Assembly (NCBI GenBank): GCA_002104945.1 | Contig: MCFH01000039.1 | Coordinates: forward strand, 186,001 to 250,000 | Reading direction: 5' to 3' | Length of the DNA stretch: 64,000 bases | Source of the DNA: Piromyces finnis finn | Taxonomy: Eukaryota; Fungi; Neocallimastigomycota | In this document: piece after piece, positions 18,201-31,209 of the stretch | Layout of the letters: each line of letters starts with the position of its first letter | Numbering within the stretch: position 1 is the first letter of the stretch | Program-made: the position numbers and the translations under genes | Notes under the pieces: generated by a model | The model's input: only the letters and a program-made list of their open reading frames with translations | What the model was told of the DNA's origin: nothing | Databases searched by the model: none

Positions 18201-19668
18201 ACTTCTACTGCTGAATTTCCATTGGGACCATAAAATACACTTTTTGCTAAAAAAGTTGTATTTTTTTCAAAATTTTTATTTATTGAAATAATCCATATGT
18301 CATCCTTGGAATAGGCAGATGATTTTTCTTTTTTAGCAATAGTTAATAAATAATTACAATTATTATTCTTTTTTTTAAATTTTAAAAATACCGGTTGAAA
18401 TCGACTAAAATAAATAAATAAATAAATAAAAATTAAGAGTAAATTTTTTTTTTCTTTTCTTTTTTTTTATATATAAAAACTTTGTTTATGTGCGAAAATC
18501 AAATTTAATACACTACGTTAATATACAGTCAGAATAAAAATTTATGCCATTTGAACGATAAGAACTTTCATTCAATAGAGGTAAAGATCTAAATTTAATG
18601 GCGAGTTTGGATAATTCTATTTGAATATTTTCTATAATAGCTTTTCTAAAGGCTTCTTGATATTCATGTACATTTGGCTATATTTTTTATATAATTAATT
18701 TATATATTTCAAAATATTAATAATTAAAAAAATGAAAAAAAAAAATTGTTAAAAAAAAAAGAGGTATAGTTAATATTAACAACTTAATAGGCATACAAAA
18801 TTAACTGGAATAATTGCATTTCTTATTAAATTGTTATTATTAATTTCTAAGCATTCTTCTGAAGAAGGAAAATAGAGTTCTGATTTATTCAAATCATTTT
18901 CACTTTGTTTCTTATTATATTTATCATTGTTGGATAGTGTGCTTTTGTTTTTTTGATTATTATAAGAGGTTATGGAATTATTACTTGCACTGACAATATT
19001 TGAATTATTATTCGAAATACTATTGTTATTGAATGAATTTATATGATTATTTCTGTTATTATTATCATTATTACTATGCTTATCACTGTAGTTGTACATT
19101 ATATTATATTTATTATTTTGATGGTTTTCGCTAGTTAACTTTATATCTTTTCTGCTTAATACGTTAATATTAGAATATTCCATTGCATCGTCTTTATTTA
19201 TATTTTGATTGTTAAATTTTTTAGTATTATAATTATTTTCGATACTATTATTATTAAATTGGAGTTGTCTTGAATTTTCAATTTGTATTTCCTTTGAATT
19301 CAAATTAGAATTGTTGTTGTTGTTGTTGTTAAAACTATTGAAGCGTTCATCATCATCATTATTCGTATTCATGGTATTGTCATTATTTAGAGACGGTAAA
19401 TTTGTATTATTATAATTCTTCAAAATAATATATATTAAATATTAGGAAATAAATCAATTATATAATGTTAATTTTTGGCTATATAGATTTTTTAAATTAA
19501 TGATTATACAAAAAATTACTTTATTTGTATTATTTATATTTTGAGATAAAGGTTTTGGTGTTGGAATTTGAGAATTGGGAAAGAGAGATAGTAATTGAGA
19601 AATTGACCTTGAATTTGAAGGAATTTTATTATTTTCTTTTTTCTTTATAATTTTATTTAATATTGGAA

Positions 19669-19701
<33 letters not shown>

Positions 19702-20424
19702 TACTACTACTACTTTTATTATTGTATGGTATATCATTTACAATCTTTTCCTAAAATAAAAAAGAATTATATTTCAAATATTTAATTAAATACAAGAAAT
19801 TATTATTAATAGTACTATAAAATACTTTATTTTAATAATAATAATAAATTATAATTCATTTTAAATTTATTGGTATTAATAAAGATAAAAAGAAAAAAAC
19901 ACTATTATAATTACATTTTGAATGTTCTTTTCATTACTTTGATTTGAATTAAAAGTATTTTGTATAATGGATTGGGGAAGAACAACATATTTATCAAATT
20001 TTATTTCTTCTTCTAGTGCTATCTCTACACCAATTCCATAATAACTATTATTTTTTTAAAAAAAAAAAAAAAAGATAAAATGTATTAAGAAATTTACTAC
20101 AAATTATATATTTTTATACACTATATATATATACACTATATTATTTTTTTTTTATTTAATTATTTACCTGTCAATTTTTTTATTCTCTTCATCATATAAA
20201 TAAGCCTTGCTTCCATTTGGAAAGTAGGTCATAAAACCATCTTTCCATGATTTATTCTTTTAATAAAATATATTCAATTTATTTAATTTCAAATGTATGG
20301 ATTTCAGAATTTAATTTGAATTTATTATGTGTAATTTTTTAAATAATTATAATTGGTAAAAACATACCTTTTTGTTTATTTGATTTGAATATAAAACTTC
20401 ATACTTTATTCCACTAAATTCCAT
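14925..20424 (-). CDS. ZGRF1: ZGRF1-like protein: N-terminal DUF2439 plus C-terminal UPF1-like SF1 helicase (AAA_11/AAA_12), multi-exon
   Basis: The N-terminus [21 protein letters not shown]...KAYLYDEE matches DUF2439. SSAYSKDDIWIIS...FLAKSVFYGP, ITLVHGVFGAGK, FKNFVRVGS..KIARPLLPY, ILDECSQ, VGDPKQL and VSTVDAFQGAEK...RRVNVAITRAK match ZGRF1-type helicase motifs as I recall them. Confidence 0.85.
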
Positions 20425-20945
20425 TGAATTAATACTAAAATTTTATGCATATTATCTATGTTTTTTTTTTTTTTTACAATAATAGGGATTATTATATCAA
20501 CTTAAGAAAACTTTATTAAATTATTGATAGAAAGGAATTTTATAAATTAGTAATTTTAAATTCTTTGAACTATGGATATCTAACGTAATGTTGCTTTTTT
20601 TTTTTTATTAATTAAGATTTCAAATTAAAAGAAAAAAGTGAATTTCAAATGATTATCTATAAAGCTATTATTCATTTTTTTTTTTTTTTTTTTTTATTCC
20701 TTTATTATTATTATTATTTAGAAAAGGAATGGTGGTTAAGCATAAACTATAAAATATGGCTAATGAAATTTTGTATGTTCATTCTACAAGAAATTTATTA
20801 AGAAATATAAAAATGATGTGGCAATTGAATAATAATTAATAAATTGTTACGTTTGAATGTAAAAGAAGAAATTTTTTTATATTTTTTATAAAAAAAAAAA
20901 AAAAAATTTGTCATACTTTAAAATAATTACAAATAAAAAAAATAA

Positions 20946-21800
20946 ATGTTTGATAATATAGTTATTAATCCAGAATGGTTAAGGCATTGTAAAGATTATT
21001 GCAAATCAATGAATTTAAACGATCATGATACCTCATTAGAAATATATAAAAATTTTATTCATTCTGATTTAAAGACTTCACTATCTGAACCTAAACTTCC
21101 AGAAAATTCAAATACATTAACCACCCAAAAAATAGATAAAATATACCTTCTTCAAATTATAGATATTGTTGAAATTGGAATATCATCGCAAAGTATTTTA
21201 CAAGAAATAGAAGATTTAATTTCGGAAAGAAAAACAAATCCTTCAAAACCAATTAATTTAAAAAAAAGTATGTTAAAATTGACACTATCTGATGGACAAC
21301 GAATAATATATGCTATTGAAAATTCACCTATTCAACAATTTCATTTAGATATGCATCTAGGTGCGAAAATGTATGTCAAACATGCTGAAGCTGTTAGAGG
21401 TGTTCTCCTTCTCAATCCACATAATATTGAATTTTTAGGTGGTTATATCCAAAATCTTTTTCAAAATGATATTCTAACCTATCTACAGGAAAAATTAAAA
21501 GACATATTAAAGTATGTACTATTTTTTTTATTAATAAAAAAGAATTTCAAAGATTTTAAATTTAAAAAAAAAAAATATTATTTTTATATTTATTCTCAAT
21601 AGAAATATTAGCCCTATTTATATTATTATTCTTATTAGTATTATTATTTTACTAATTAATATGTATATGGGTGTATATTTAACAACCATAGGAATGGAAA
21701 TAAAAAGAGAATAGTCAAAAATATACGTACAATTACTTTTAATAATGACAATAATAATAACAATAATAATAGTAGCAATAAAAGAATAAGAACGGCTTAA
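20946..21800 (+). CDS. RMI1: Rmi1-like OB-fold protein (RMI1_N), short fungal-type form, 2 exons
   Basis: LQIIDIVEIG...MLKLTLSDGQRIIYAIE...LGAKMYVK..VRGVLLLNPHNIEFLGG. Intron 21512-21691; the second exon ends KRIRTA*. Confidence 0.8.
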
Positions 21801-22330
21801 AGTTAAACAATAAAAAAAAAAAAAATAAAAATAAAAAAATGTATAAATTTAGTTATACATTTTAAATAAATAAAACATATCAAATAAATTAATTCAGTAA
21901 AGATTATCAATTTCAAAATGTATGAAATGGATTATCTTAAAATATATCTATTAACTTGAATTTCAATAAAATAACCAATACTATCCGATTAAAAACAACA
22001 AACCATTATTTTTATATATCAAACGTATACTATATTTTGTATATATTTTTAAAAAAACATTTTTATTTTTTTAATTAATCTTTTATCTTTTATATACTTG
22101 AAGAAGAAAAAAAGTATATATTTCAAAAAAAAAATAATTTAAGACATGTGTAAGATTTTTATAATATTAATAAAAAGTATACTATTATTAATATATAGTT
22201 TTTTAAATAAATAAATGTGAAAAAAATCAGATTAAAAAACATATATATATTAGGATTTATTTTATTTTATTTTTTTCTCTTTCATAAGGATATATAAAAA
22301 AAAAAAAAAAAAAAAGAACTTTAATATTAT

Positions 22331-24255
22331 TTATTGAATATCAATACTCAATATTTTAACTTCATTGTATGGTTTATCTTGTTTATCTGTTTTAACATTT
22401 TCAATTTTATGAATAACATCCATACCAGCTGTAGCACGACCGAAAATAGAGTGCTTATTATCTAACCAAGGCTATAGTATTCAATATTTATTTTTATAGA
22501 ATAAAGGAAAAATTAGTTTTTGATATAGAAATAGATATTTATAATTTTTTTTTTTTTCTTAGAATATATATACTCAAAAAATGAATATTTTTTGAATATA
22601 AATTATTTTTTTAATTGAATAAAATATACATTCAACTTACTGTTGGAACAACGGTAATAAAGAATTGACTAGCATTTGTATTTGGACCAGCATTAGCCAT
22701 ACTTACAGTGTATGGTCTATCATGCTTAATAGCTTTATGGAATTCATCTTCAAAATCGTGACCCCAGTAACTATCACCACCAGTACCATCTCCTAATGGA
22801 TCACCTGTTTGAATCATAAAACCTTTAATAACACGATGGAATATAACATTGTTGTAATATCCTTTCTTTGACAATCCAACAAAGTTTTCAACGGCCTTTG
22901 GAGCATATTCTGGGAATAATCTTATATGAATATCACCCATAGTTGTATGAATAGTTGCTTGTGAACCTAATGAATGCTTCAATGATGAAGTAGATAATGA
23001 AGCAACAGTTTGTTCTTCTCTTGATGGTTTTTCATTGAAGATATCACGACCAATACCATCTGGAGTTTCCTCACTAAATAAAGTTGATAAAATTTAATTA
23101 GTATATCCGTTATATTATTATTCATTATTTATTATAGTATTATAGTGTTAGAGATTAAAACTCTTTTATTGTTTATCATAGTATTATAGTGTTATAGTAA
23201 ACCTCTTTTTATTATTATTATTCAATAGATATATTTTAATTTGTTAAATAAAATTAAACTTACGAATCTGGTTCTCTCTTGGAAAAGAGGTAGAAACGAT
23301 TTCTTTTATATGCTGTACAGAATAATGTAGGATCTCTTAACTCACTTTCTTTAAATAATTGATTATCAGATGCTGCCATAGCCTATTTAATAAAGATTGA
23401 TTTAGTATTTTTAATTATTTTATTATGTTTTTGTTTTAATAAAGATTTTTTTTTTTTTTTTTTTTTTTTGTATAGATTTTAATAATTTATAAAGAAAAAA
23501 AAAAAAAAGATACATACCAATGTAATGATATTCTTTTTCTTTGGAGCACCTTGATAAAGACTAATATTCATAAATCTTTGAGTTTCCATTTTACCAATTA
23601 ATCTGGAAACTTTGTTTGTTTTCAAGTTACATACTTTAATACCAAATAATGTTGGATATAATAAAAAGTTACTAGAATCATCAAATACTAATAAAAGTAA
23701 TAATAATTGTTAGATCAATTTTTTTTTTTTCATTTTTATTAATACTTTTTCTATATTTTATTAAACTTTATTCTTACTAGCATTGACAGTTGAAGCTTGT
23801 CCACCATTTAGTTTCTGTATTTCTTTTTCTAAAGCTAATCTTCTACCAAATTCCATATCATCTAATTTATTACCAGCGGTACCTGCTTGTTGCATTTCAC
23901 TAACAACTTCCAAACTTTCATCATATATTCTATAAAGTTTTCCTGTTTTAAACTTGAATACTCTTAATTTTCTATCACCAAATCCAAAAGTAACAAATTT
24001 TGAATAATCTGGTGAAAATTGTAATGATGTTGGAACTGTATGATTCTAGTAGTGTTAAAAATTATAGGTAAAAAAAAAAAAAAAAAAAAAAAACAATGGA
24101 AATTATAGAGTATAAAGTATGATTAAATGGCGTGCCGATTTAAAGCATTTTTATAAATTAAATTGAATAATGAATTAGTAATGGCAAATACACAATGATA
24201 CTTTATAAATTATAATAATAATAATAATTATTATTATTATTATTATTATCATTAC

Positions 24256-24300
<45 letters not shown>

Positions 24301-26001
24301 CATTACTATTATTATTATTATTATTATCATCATTATTATGTAAATTATTATATATTATATACATATGTATATGTTTTTTTTTTAGGATTTAAAAAAAAAA
24401 AAAAAAAAAAAGAATTTTAAAAAAAATTTTTTAATATTCATTACCTTTTTAAAGGTATATAAATCAGTATCACTTTTATATGTCCAAGCAATCGTTGGTG
24501 GTTTTGGTTGATTAAATTTTTCATCTGGGTTAGGTTGCCAGTATTCAATCATACCTCCATCATCAACACTAACTACAACATCATCCACTGGATTATATTC
24601 TATAATGCTTACTGGTTGAGAATGAAGTTTATCGATAGTATATAATATACTTCCATCACCCTTTCCATCATAAACATTGATAATAGGTTTTTCACGATCT
24701 GAACTTTTTTTTTTTTTTAATAATTTTTATTTTTAAATTTATATTGTATATTATATATATATATCCATATCCATATAAAATAGAATGTTATTATAAGTAT
24801 AGAAAATTTATAGATATATCATTCAATGTAATATTCCCATGATGTATAAAGCATCTTATTGAATTATATTTTATAGGTTTAAAACTTACACAGCAACTAA
24901 TAAATTTGGTTGACCTTGTTTGTAAATCCAGGAAACACATTTTGGTGAATAATCCAATGAAATCATATTAATCATATCTTTTAAAACAAAATTAGAATTT
25001 GAATTGTATATATAATATTAATAATTATTAATCTCTAATTTGGATAGAAATTTGTTTAGGAAAAAATTATAGTTTTAAAAAGAGAATTGGGAGGAATATA
25101 ATTACCAAAGTTTTCGATATCAAAAATTTTAAATCCTTTATCGACAGCAATTGTTGCTAAATATAATCCATCACTACTAACAGATAATGAAACAATAGCA
25201 CCTAAATGAGCTCTGTAATGTTTAACAAATTCAATACCTTTTTCTGTTTTCTTCCAAAATTTAATATGACCATCAATAGATGTTGTAATAATAAAATCGG
25301 TTCTATTTAACATTAGTATCATAATATGTTTTAAAGTAAAAATTTCATTTTAATTTATAATAATAAAAAAAAGTTTTATATATATTAGTTTTTTTTAAGG
25401 TTTTATATACTACCACTACTACTAATAATAATAATAATAAAATACCTACTTTTGAACAACTTTTACGAAATTAATTACATCTCTGTGCATTAAACTACGT
25501 TCATACATATCACTTGAAGGAAGACAATCCAAATATAATTTTTCATGTTTTAAAACTAATAAAGATAGAAATTTAATTTTTATATAGAAAGAATAAAATT
25601 TTGTTATAAATTATTAATTATCATTGTTTATTATTGTTATTATCATTATTGTTGTTGTTTTTGTTGTTGTTGTTATTGTTGTTAGAATAAAAGAAAGGGA
25701 AGAAGGGGAAAAAAAAACTTTTGGAAATACCTCTTTGTTTTTTATTAGTTCCAGGAGCTTCTGGCATTGGACCAATATCATCAGAATCTACAATTTTATC
25801 ATTGATAATTGACATATTTAAAAAGTATTTAATAATAATGAAAACAAAATTGAATAGGTTTATTATTAATTTTTTTGTTTATTTAACAAAGTTCTTAAAG
25901 AAAAGTTTCACCCTATCAACGTTTTATAAAATGAATTTTTAAAATTAAAATGTACCATTTTCAGATTCTTCCTTTAATTTTCTTTTATTATTATTATCCA
26001 T
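22331..26001 (-). CDS. PPWD1: Peptidylprolyl isomerase with WD40 repeats (spliceosomal cyclophilin), multi-exon
   Basis: [34 protein letters not shown] (WD40) and cyclophilin domain [23 protein letters not shown]...[15 protein letters not shown]...[17 protein letters not shown]...[11 protein letters not shown]. Confidence 0.95.
24211..24340. repeat. (ATT)n microsatellite in a PPWD1 intron
   Basis: Direct inspection. Confidence 0.9.
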
Positions 26002-26971
26002 GGTATAAAATAAATAAAATAATTCTTTATTTCTATTATTGAATATAACTATAAATGTTTTATTTTTAAAAAAAAATACAAATAAATTGCTTGTTTGCTT
26101 GTTTGTTCCTTGCTTGTTTTATGGTCAAATGTCAATCCTTTCAATTTTTTAAATTTAAAAAAAAAAAAAAAAGAAAAAATTAAAATTTTTTTGATTTTCT
26201 TTTTTTTTAAATTTTCTCCAATAAAAAAATTTTTTTTTTTTTAAATTTTAAGACTTTTAACATAAAAAAAAAAGGAAAAGAAAAGAAAGGGAAATGGGAA
26301 AGAGAAAAGTGAAAAGGAATGCTGAAAACAATGCAAAAATGTTTTAAATAGTTAATAAAAAAAGGTTTTTTTTTTTACTATAAACCTTTTTTTTTTTTTC
26401 AAAAAATAAAAGACAAAATTTTATTTTAAAAAAATTAAAATGGATCATTCATTCAAAAGCATTTTTTTTTATTTTTTCTTTTAAAAATGGATTGTTTTTT
26501 TTTTTATTTTAAAAAAAATTACTACTTTACATCTATTTATTTATTTATTTATAATTGTACTTCTTTTTATTATTACCATTCGATAATTCAAAGCATTGAA
26601 AAAGTGACCTTTTTTTCATCTAAAATAAAAAAACTTTTTTTTTTTTTGAAGAATTTATTTAATTATTAATTTTTCATTCATTTATTTTTTATAATTGATA
26701 CCATTTTAATTTGTATGATCCATATATTACATTATATAATAATATATTAGTTAATATATGAGCAATTAAATTCTTATCAATAAAATTAAATTAAAAATTT
26801 TTTTTGATATAAAAGTGCACTTTTAAAAAAAAAAAGTTTACTTTTCTATTATAAAATTTCAAATTCGAAATCTAAATTTGAATTTTTAAAATATTAAAAG
26901 AAAAAAAGTGCTCACTATTTAAATAATAATAAAAAAAAAAGAAACAAACTTATAAAAGTAATTTCAAAAAA

Positions 26972-28379
26972 ATGACAGAGGAAAAATTAAATCCACTTAG
27001 TCTTGACGATTTTCATGCTTATTCTCAAAAGCATTTACCAAAAATGGTTTATGAATACTATGTAAATATAGATATAAATAATAATAATAATAATAATAAT
27101 TGTTGTGGGTATTATTGAAAAATTATAATGAATATTCTCTAAACTTTACTAATGGGTTATAAAAAAATAAATATATTTGAATGTATGTGTATATATTATT
27201 TGTATCATCCTAGGCTCACGGTGCTAACAACAATGAAACCGTTGAACAAAATTTAAAATCATATTTAAAGTAGGTATCATTGTTTCATGATAAAAGTATT
27301 CATATATCTATATATATGTTGTTGTTGTTGTTTCTGTTGAAACAAAGAATTAAATAATATATGTTTTTATGTTATATATATAATTATAGATATAGAATTC
27401 GTCCAAGAGTTATGCGAGATGTATCTCAAGTAGATACTTGTGTTGAAGTTTTTGGCCATGTATTACCAATTCCAGTTGGTATTGGTAAGTTGGGGAACTT
27501 TTATTTTTTTTATTAATTTGAAAAGAAAATAATAATGACAACTTAATTAAAAATAATAAATTAATATTTTATTTCTTATGTTAAAAAAAATGATAGCCCC
27601 AGTAGCAATGCAAAAAATGGCTCATTTATCTGGTGAAATTGGAATGGCAAAGGGTATATATTGATAATTTTGAAATTTGGATTTCTAAGATTTTTAATTA
27701 AATAAATAAATAAATACAATACTAAATGAATGTTATTAAAATAATTAATTTTATTATTTACTTCAATTTACAATTCAAAAAAAAAATATTTTGGATTTCT
27801 TGAAATTTCTATCCGATAAACTATAATAAAATAAAAAAAAAAAAAAAATAGGTGTTTCAATGGCTGAATCCTTAATGATTGTTAGTAGTTTTTCTACTTG
27901 TAATTTAGAAGATATTGCTCGTGAAAATCCAAATGCTCTTCTTATGTTCCAATTATACCTTCGTGATATAGAATTAACTAAAAATATGATTAAAAGTGCT
28001 GAAAAGAATGGATTTAAGGGTATTGTAGTTACTGTTGATACTCCAGAAGTCGGTAAACGTGTTTCCGATAAAAAGAATAACTTCCAATTACCAAAATCAC
28101 TCAAAATTGAAACTTTAGAAATTGATGACGACAGTGATAGCGATAGTGATAGTGACGAAGAAGATGTTGATAATGGTTCTACCATTACTAACGTTTCTAT
28201 GGCAACTCTTCATTCCAATGCTAATGATGAATCAAAAAATAATCTTATTGATGGCTTAAGTGTTGGAATGAATTCTAAATTATCTTGGGATATTATTAAG
28301 GAATTAAAGAAAATGACTAAATTACCAATTATTTTAAAGGGTATATATTGAAATAAAAATAACAACAACAACAACAACA

Positions 28380-28414
<35 letters not shown>

Positions 28415-28467
28415 TAGAATAATAATAGTAATAATAATAATTAGAATAATAATAATAATAATAATTA

Positions 28468-28511
<44 letters not shown>

Positions 28512-28540
28512 GTTGTTATTATTATTATTATTATTATTAT

Positions 28541-28581
<41 letters not shown>

Positions 28582-29627
28582 ATAGCAGTAGTAGCAGTAA
28601 TAGTAGTAGTATCAGTAGTAGCAGTAGCAGTACATTATAATTTTTTTTAAAATATATATTCAAAAATTAAAAAAAAAAAAGATTTAATATATTATTAAAA
28701 TAAATATTCAATTATATCCTTTTTTTATATATAATTATTAAAGGAATTCTTACTGCTGAAGATGCTGAACTTGCTGTTGAAAATGGTGCTGATGCTATTA
28801 TTGTTTCAAATCATGGTGGTAGACAATTAGATACCGTTTGTACTACTTTAGAAGCTCTTCCAGAAGTACATCGAATGACTTTTTTTTTTTAAATATTAAA
28901 TTTATAGATAGATAGACGGATAGATAGAAATAGATATAATATTAATGATTTCATATCTTAAAATAGAATATAGAATATAGAATATAGAATATAGAATATA
29001 GAATATAGAATATAGAATAGAATATAGAATATAGAATATAGAATATAGAATATAGAATATAGAATATAGAATATAGAATATAGAATATAGAATATAGAAT
29101 ATAGAATATAGAATATAGAATATAGAATATAGAATATAGAATATAGAATATAGAATATAGAATATAGAATATAGAATATAGAATATAGAATATAGAATAT
29201 AGAATATAGAATATAGAATATAGAATATAGAATATAGAATATAGAATATAGAATATAGAATATAGAATATATACATTATGTATTATGAGTATATTAATAA
29301 TTAATTTCAATTTTCTTATATTTCCTTTATATTATTATATAAAAGGTGGCTAGAGCTGTTAATAAGCGAATTCCAGTTTATGTTGATGGTGGTATTAGAA
29401 GAGGTTCTGATATATTCAAGGCCATTGCCCTTGGTGCTGATTGTTGTTTTATTGGTAGACCAGCTATTTGGGCTTTAAATGCCATGGGAGCTGATGGTGT
29501 TAAGAAAATGTTAGATATTTTAACTGAAGAATTCAGATTAACTATGGCTTTAGCTGGATGTACAAGGGTTGACCAAATTTCACCAAAACACATTCAACAT
29601 AAAAAAGTCTATGCTTCAAAATTATAA
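26972..29627 (+). CDS. FMN-dependent alpha-hydroxy acid oxidase/dehydrogenase (glycolate/lactate oxidase family) with C-terminal PTS1 (SKL); no cytochrome b5 domain
   Basis: [75 protein letters not shown]. Ends VYASKL*. Confidence 0.93.
28361..28632. repeat. Compound triplet microsatellite (AAC/AAT/ATT/AGT/AGC) in an oxidase intron
   Basis: Direct inspection; it explains the spurious ORF at 28334-28663. Confidence 0.95.
28962..29272. repeat. Heptanucleotide (AGAATAT)n array, about 44 copies, in an oxidase intron
   Basis: Direct inspection, with one shortened unit near 29015. It explains the spurious YILYSIF ORFs. Confidence 0.97.
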
Positions 29628-29864
29628 GAAAAAAAAAAAAAAAAAACGGGAAACTAATCCTAATAACTCTAAAAGTGTATATATAAAAATAAATAAAATA
29701 AAAATATATGAAATAATTCATTCATATATTTTGAATTTTTTTTTTTTAATTTATTACAAATAAAACAATACAAAAAAAAAAAAAAATGTAATTATTATCA
29801 TCCTCATCAGTAACAGTAATTAATAATAAATATCGTTATAGAATAATAACCCATCAAAAGCACA

Positions 29865-29904
<40 letters not shown>

Positions 29905-30628
29905 AATCCTTTTTAACAATATCTATCCAATAATTAAAGTATACAATATTTTTAAAAAAAAAAATAATAATAATAATAATAATTTTTCTTTTTATTGAAA
30001 TGTAATTATTATAATTCATTTGATAAAATTGTAATTTTAATATTTGCGATAACTAAGCAATTTATACATAAAAATAATAATAATAAAAAAAAAAAATAAA
30101 AAAAAAATAAAATATAATATTCTATAAGAGAATATATATTGTGTGCATCTATGATATAAATATTTTTTAGAGTTTTATTAAGTTTGTTATAAAAAAATAT
30201 ATGTATGAATGTAGGTATATATGTAGATTTATTATTACAATAGAAAAATGGTTGAAATGAAATCATGAGTTTTCTTTTTTTTTTTTTTTGAACTTTAAAA
30301 AAAGTTGTTTTATATATATATATTTAATAATAATAATGATGATGATGATGATGATGATGAAAAAATAAAATAAAAAAAAGAAAAAGAAATAAAAATTGTT
30401 GATTAAAAAGTTATCAAAAATTTTGAATACTCAAAAAAAAAAGAAAGAAAGAAATAATTGTAACTAATATTAAAATTAAATATATATATATATATTATAT
30501 ATAAATACTTTTCTGTAAACTAATTTATGTAATCTTGAATTATTAATTAAATTATAAAGTATATCTTGAATTTGTAAAGAAAAAAAAAAAAAAAAAAAAA
30601 AAAAAAAGGAAAAATAAATTGGGATTCT

Positions 30629-31178
30629 TTAGAGCATGACACCAAGATTAATATTTTTTATACCAAATCCATTATACATTGAACCAAATTTACATTGACG
30701 CATATCACTTCTTGGAGTATGGAAAAAGAAATAACCTGGCCATAATAAACTACGTAATGTTACAGTGGAACCACCATTTTCTACTTGAAGTGACCATATG
30801 CCATTTGGTTTATCCTTTTCAATATTATCAAATATATCTATAGATTGATCTATATCAATTCTATCTTCAATAGTATCAAGACTTAATTTGAATCCAGATC
30901 TAAAATGGAAATAGGATGAAAGATCAATCATTTCCTTTTCTGATAATCCTGTTTTTATATATACATAATATTGATAATAATCAATTTTTTTTTTTGGAGT
31001 TTTTTTTTTTATATAAATTTTTTAAAAAATATAATTATAAAATGTTTATTAATTATATTTTAATAAAATAAATTTTAATAAAAAAAAATAAAAAAAAATG
31101 TTAATATCTATAAAATATCATTTATAACTATAAATCATTGTTGTTGGTGATGCTATTGTTTTTGTTATTCTTATTTTT

Positions 31179-31209
<31 letters not shown>

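Noticed and set aside
28334-29310. ORFs 28334-28663, 28902-29276 and 28951-29310 (also 13340-13528 and 59364-59612)
   Set aside because: These are translations of microsatellites inside introns.
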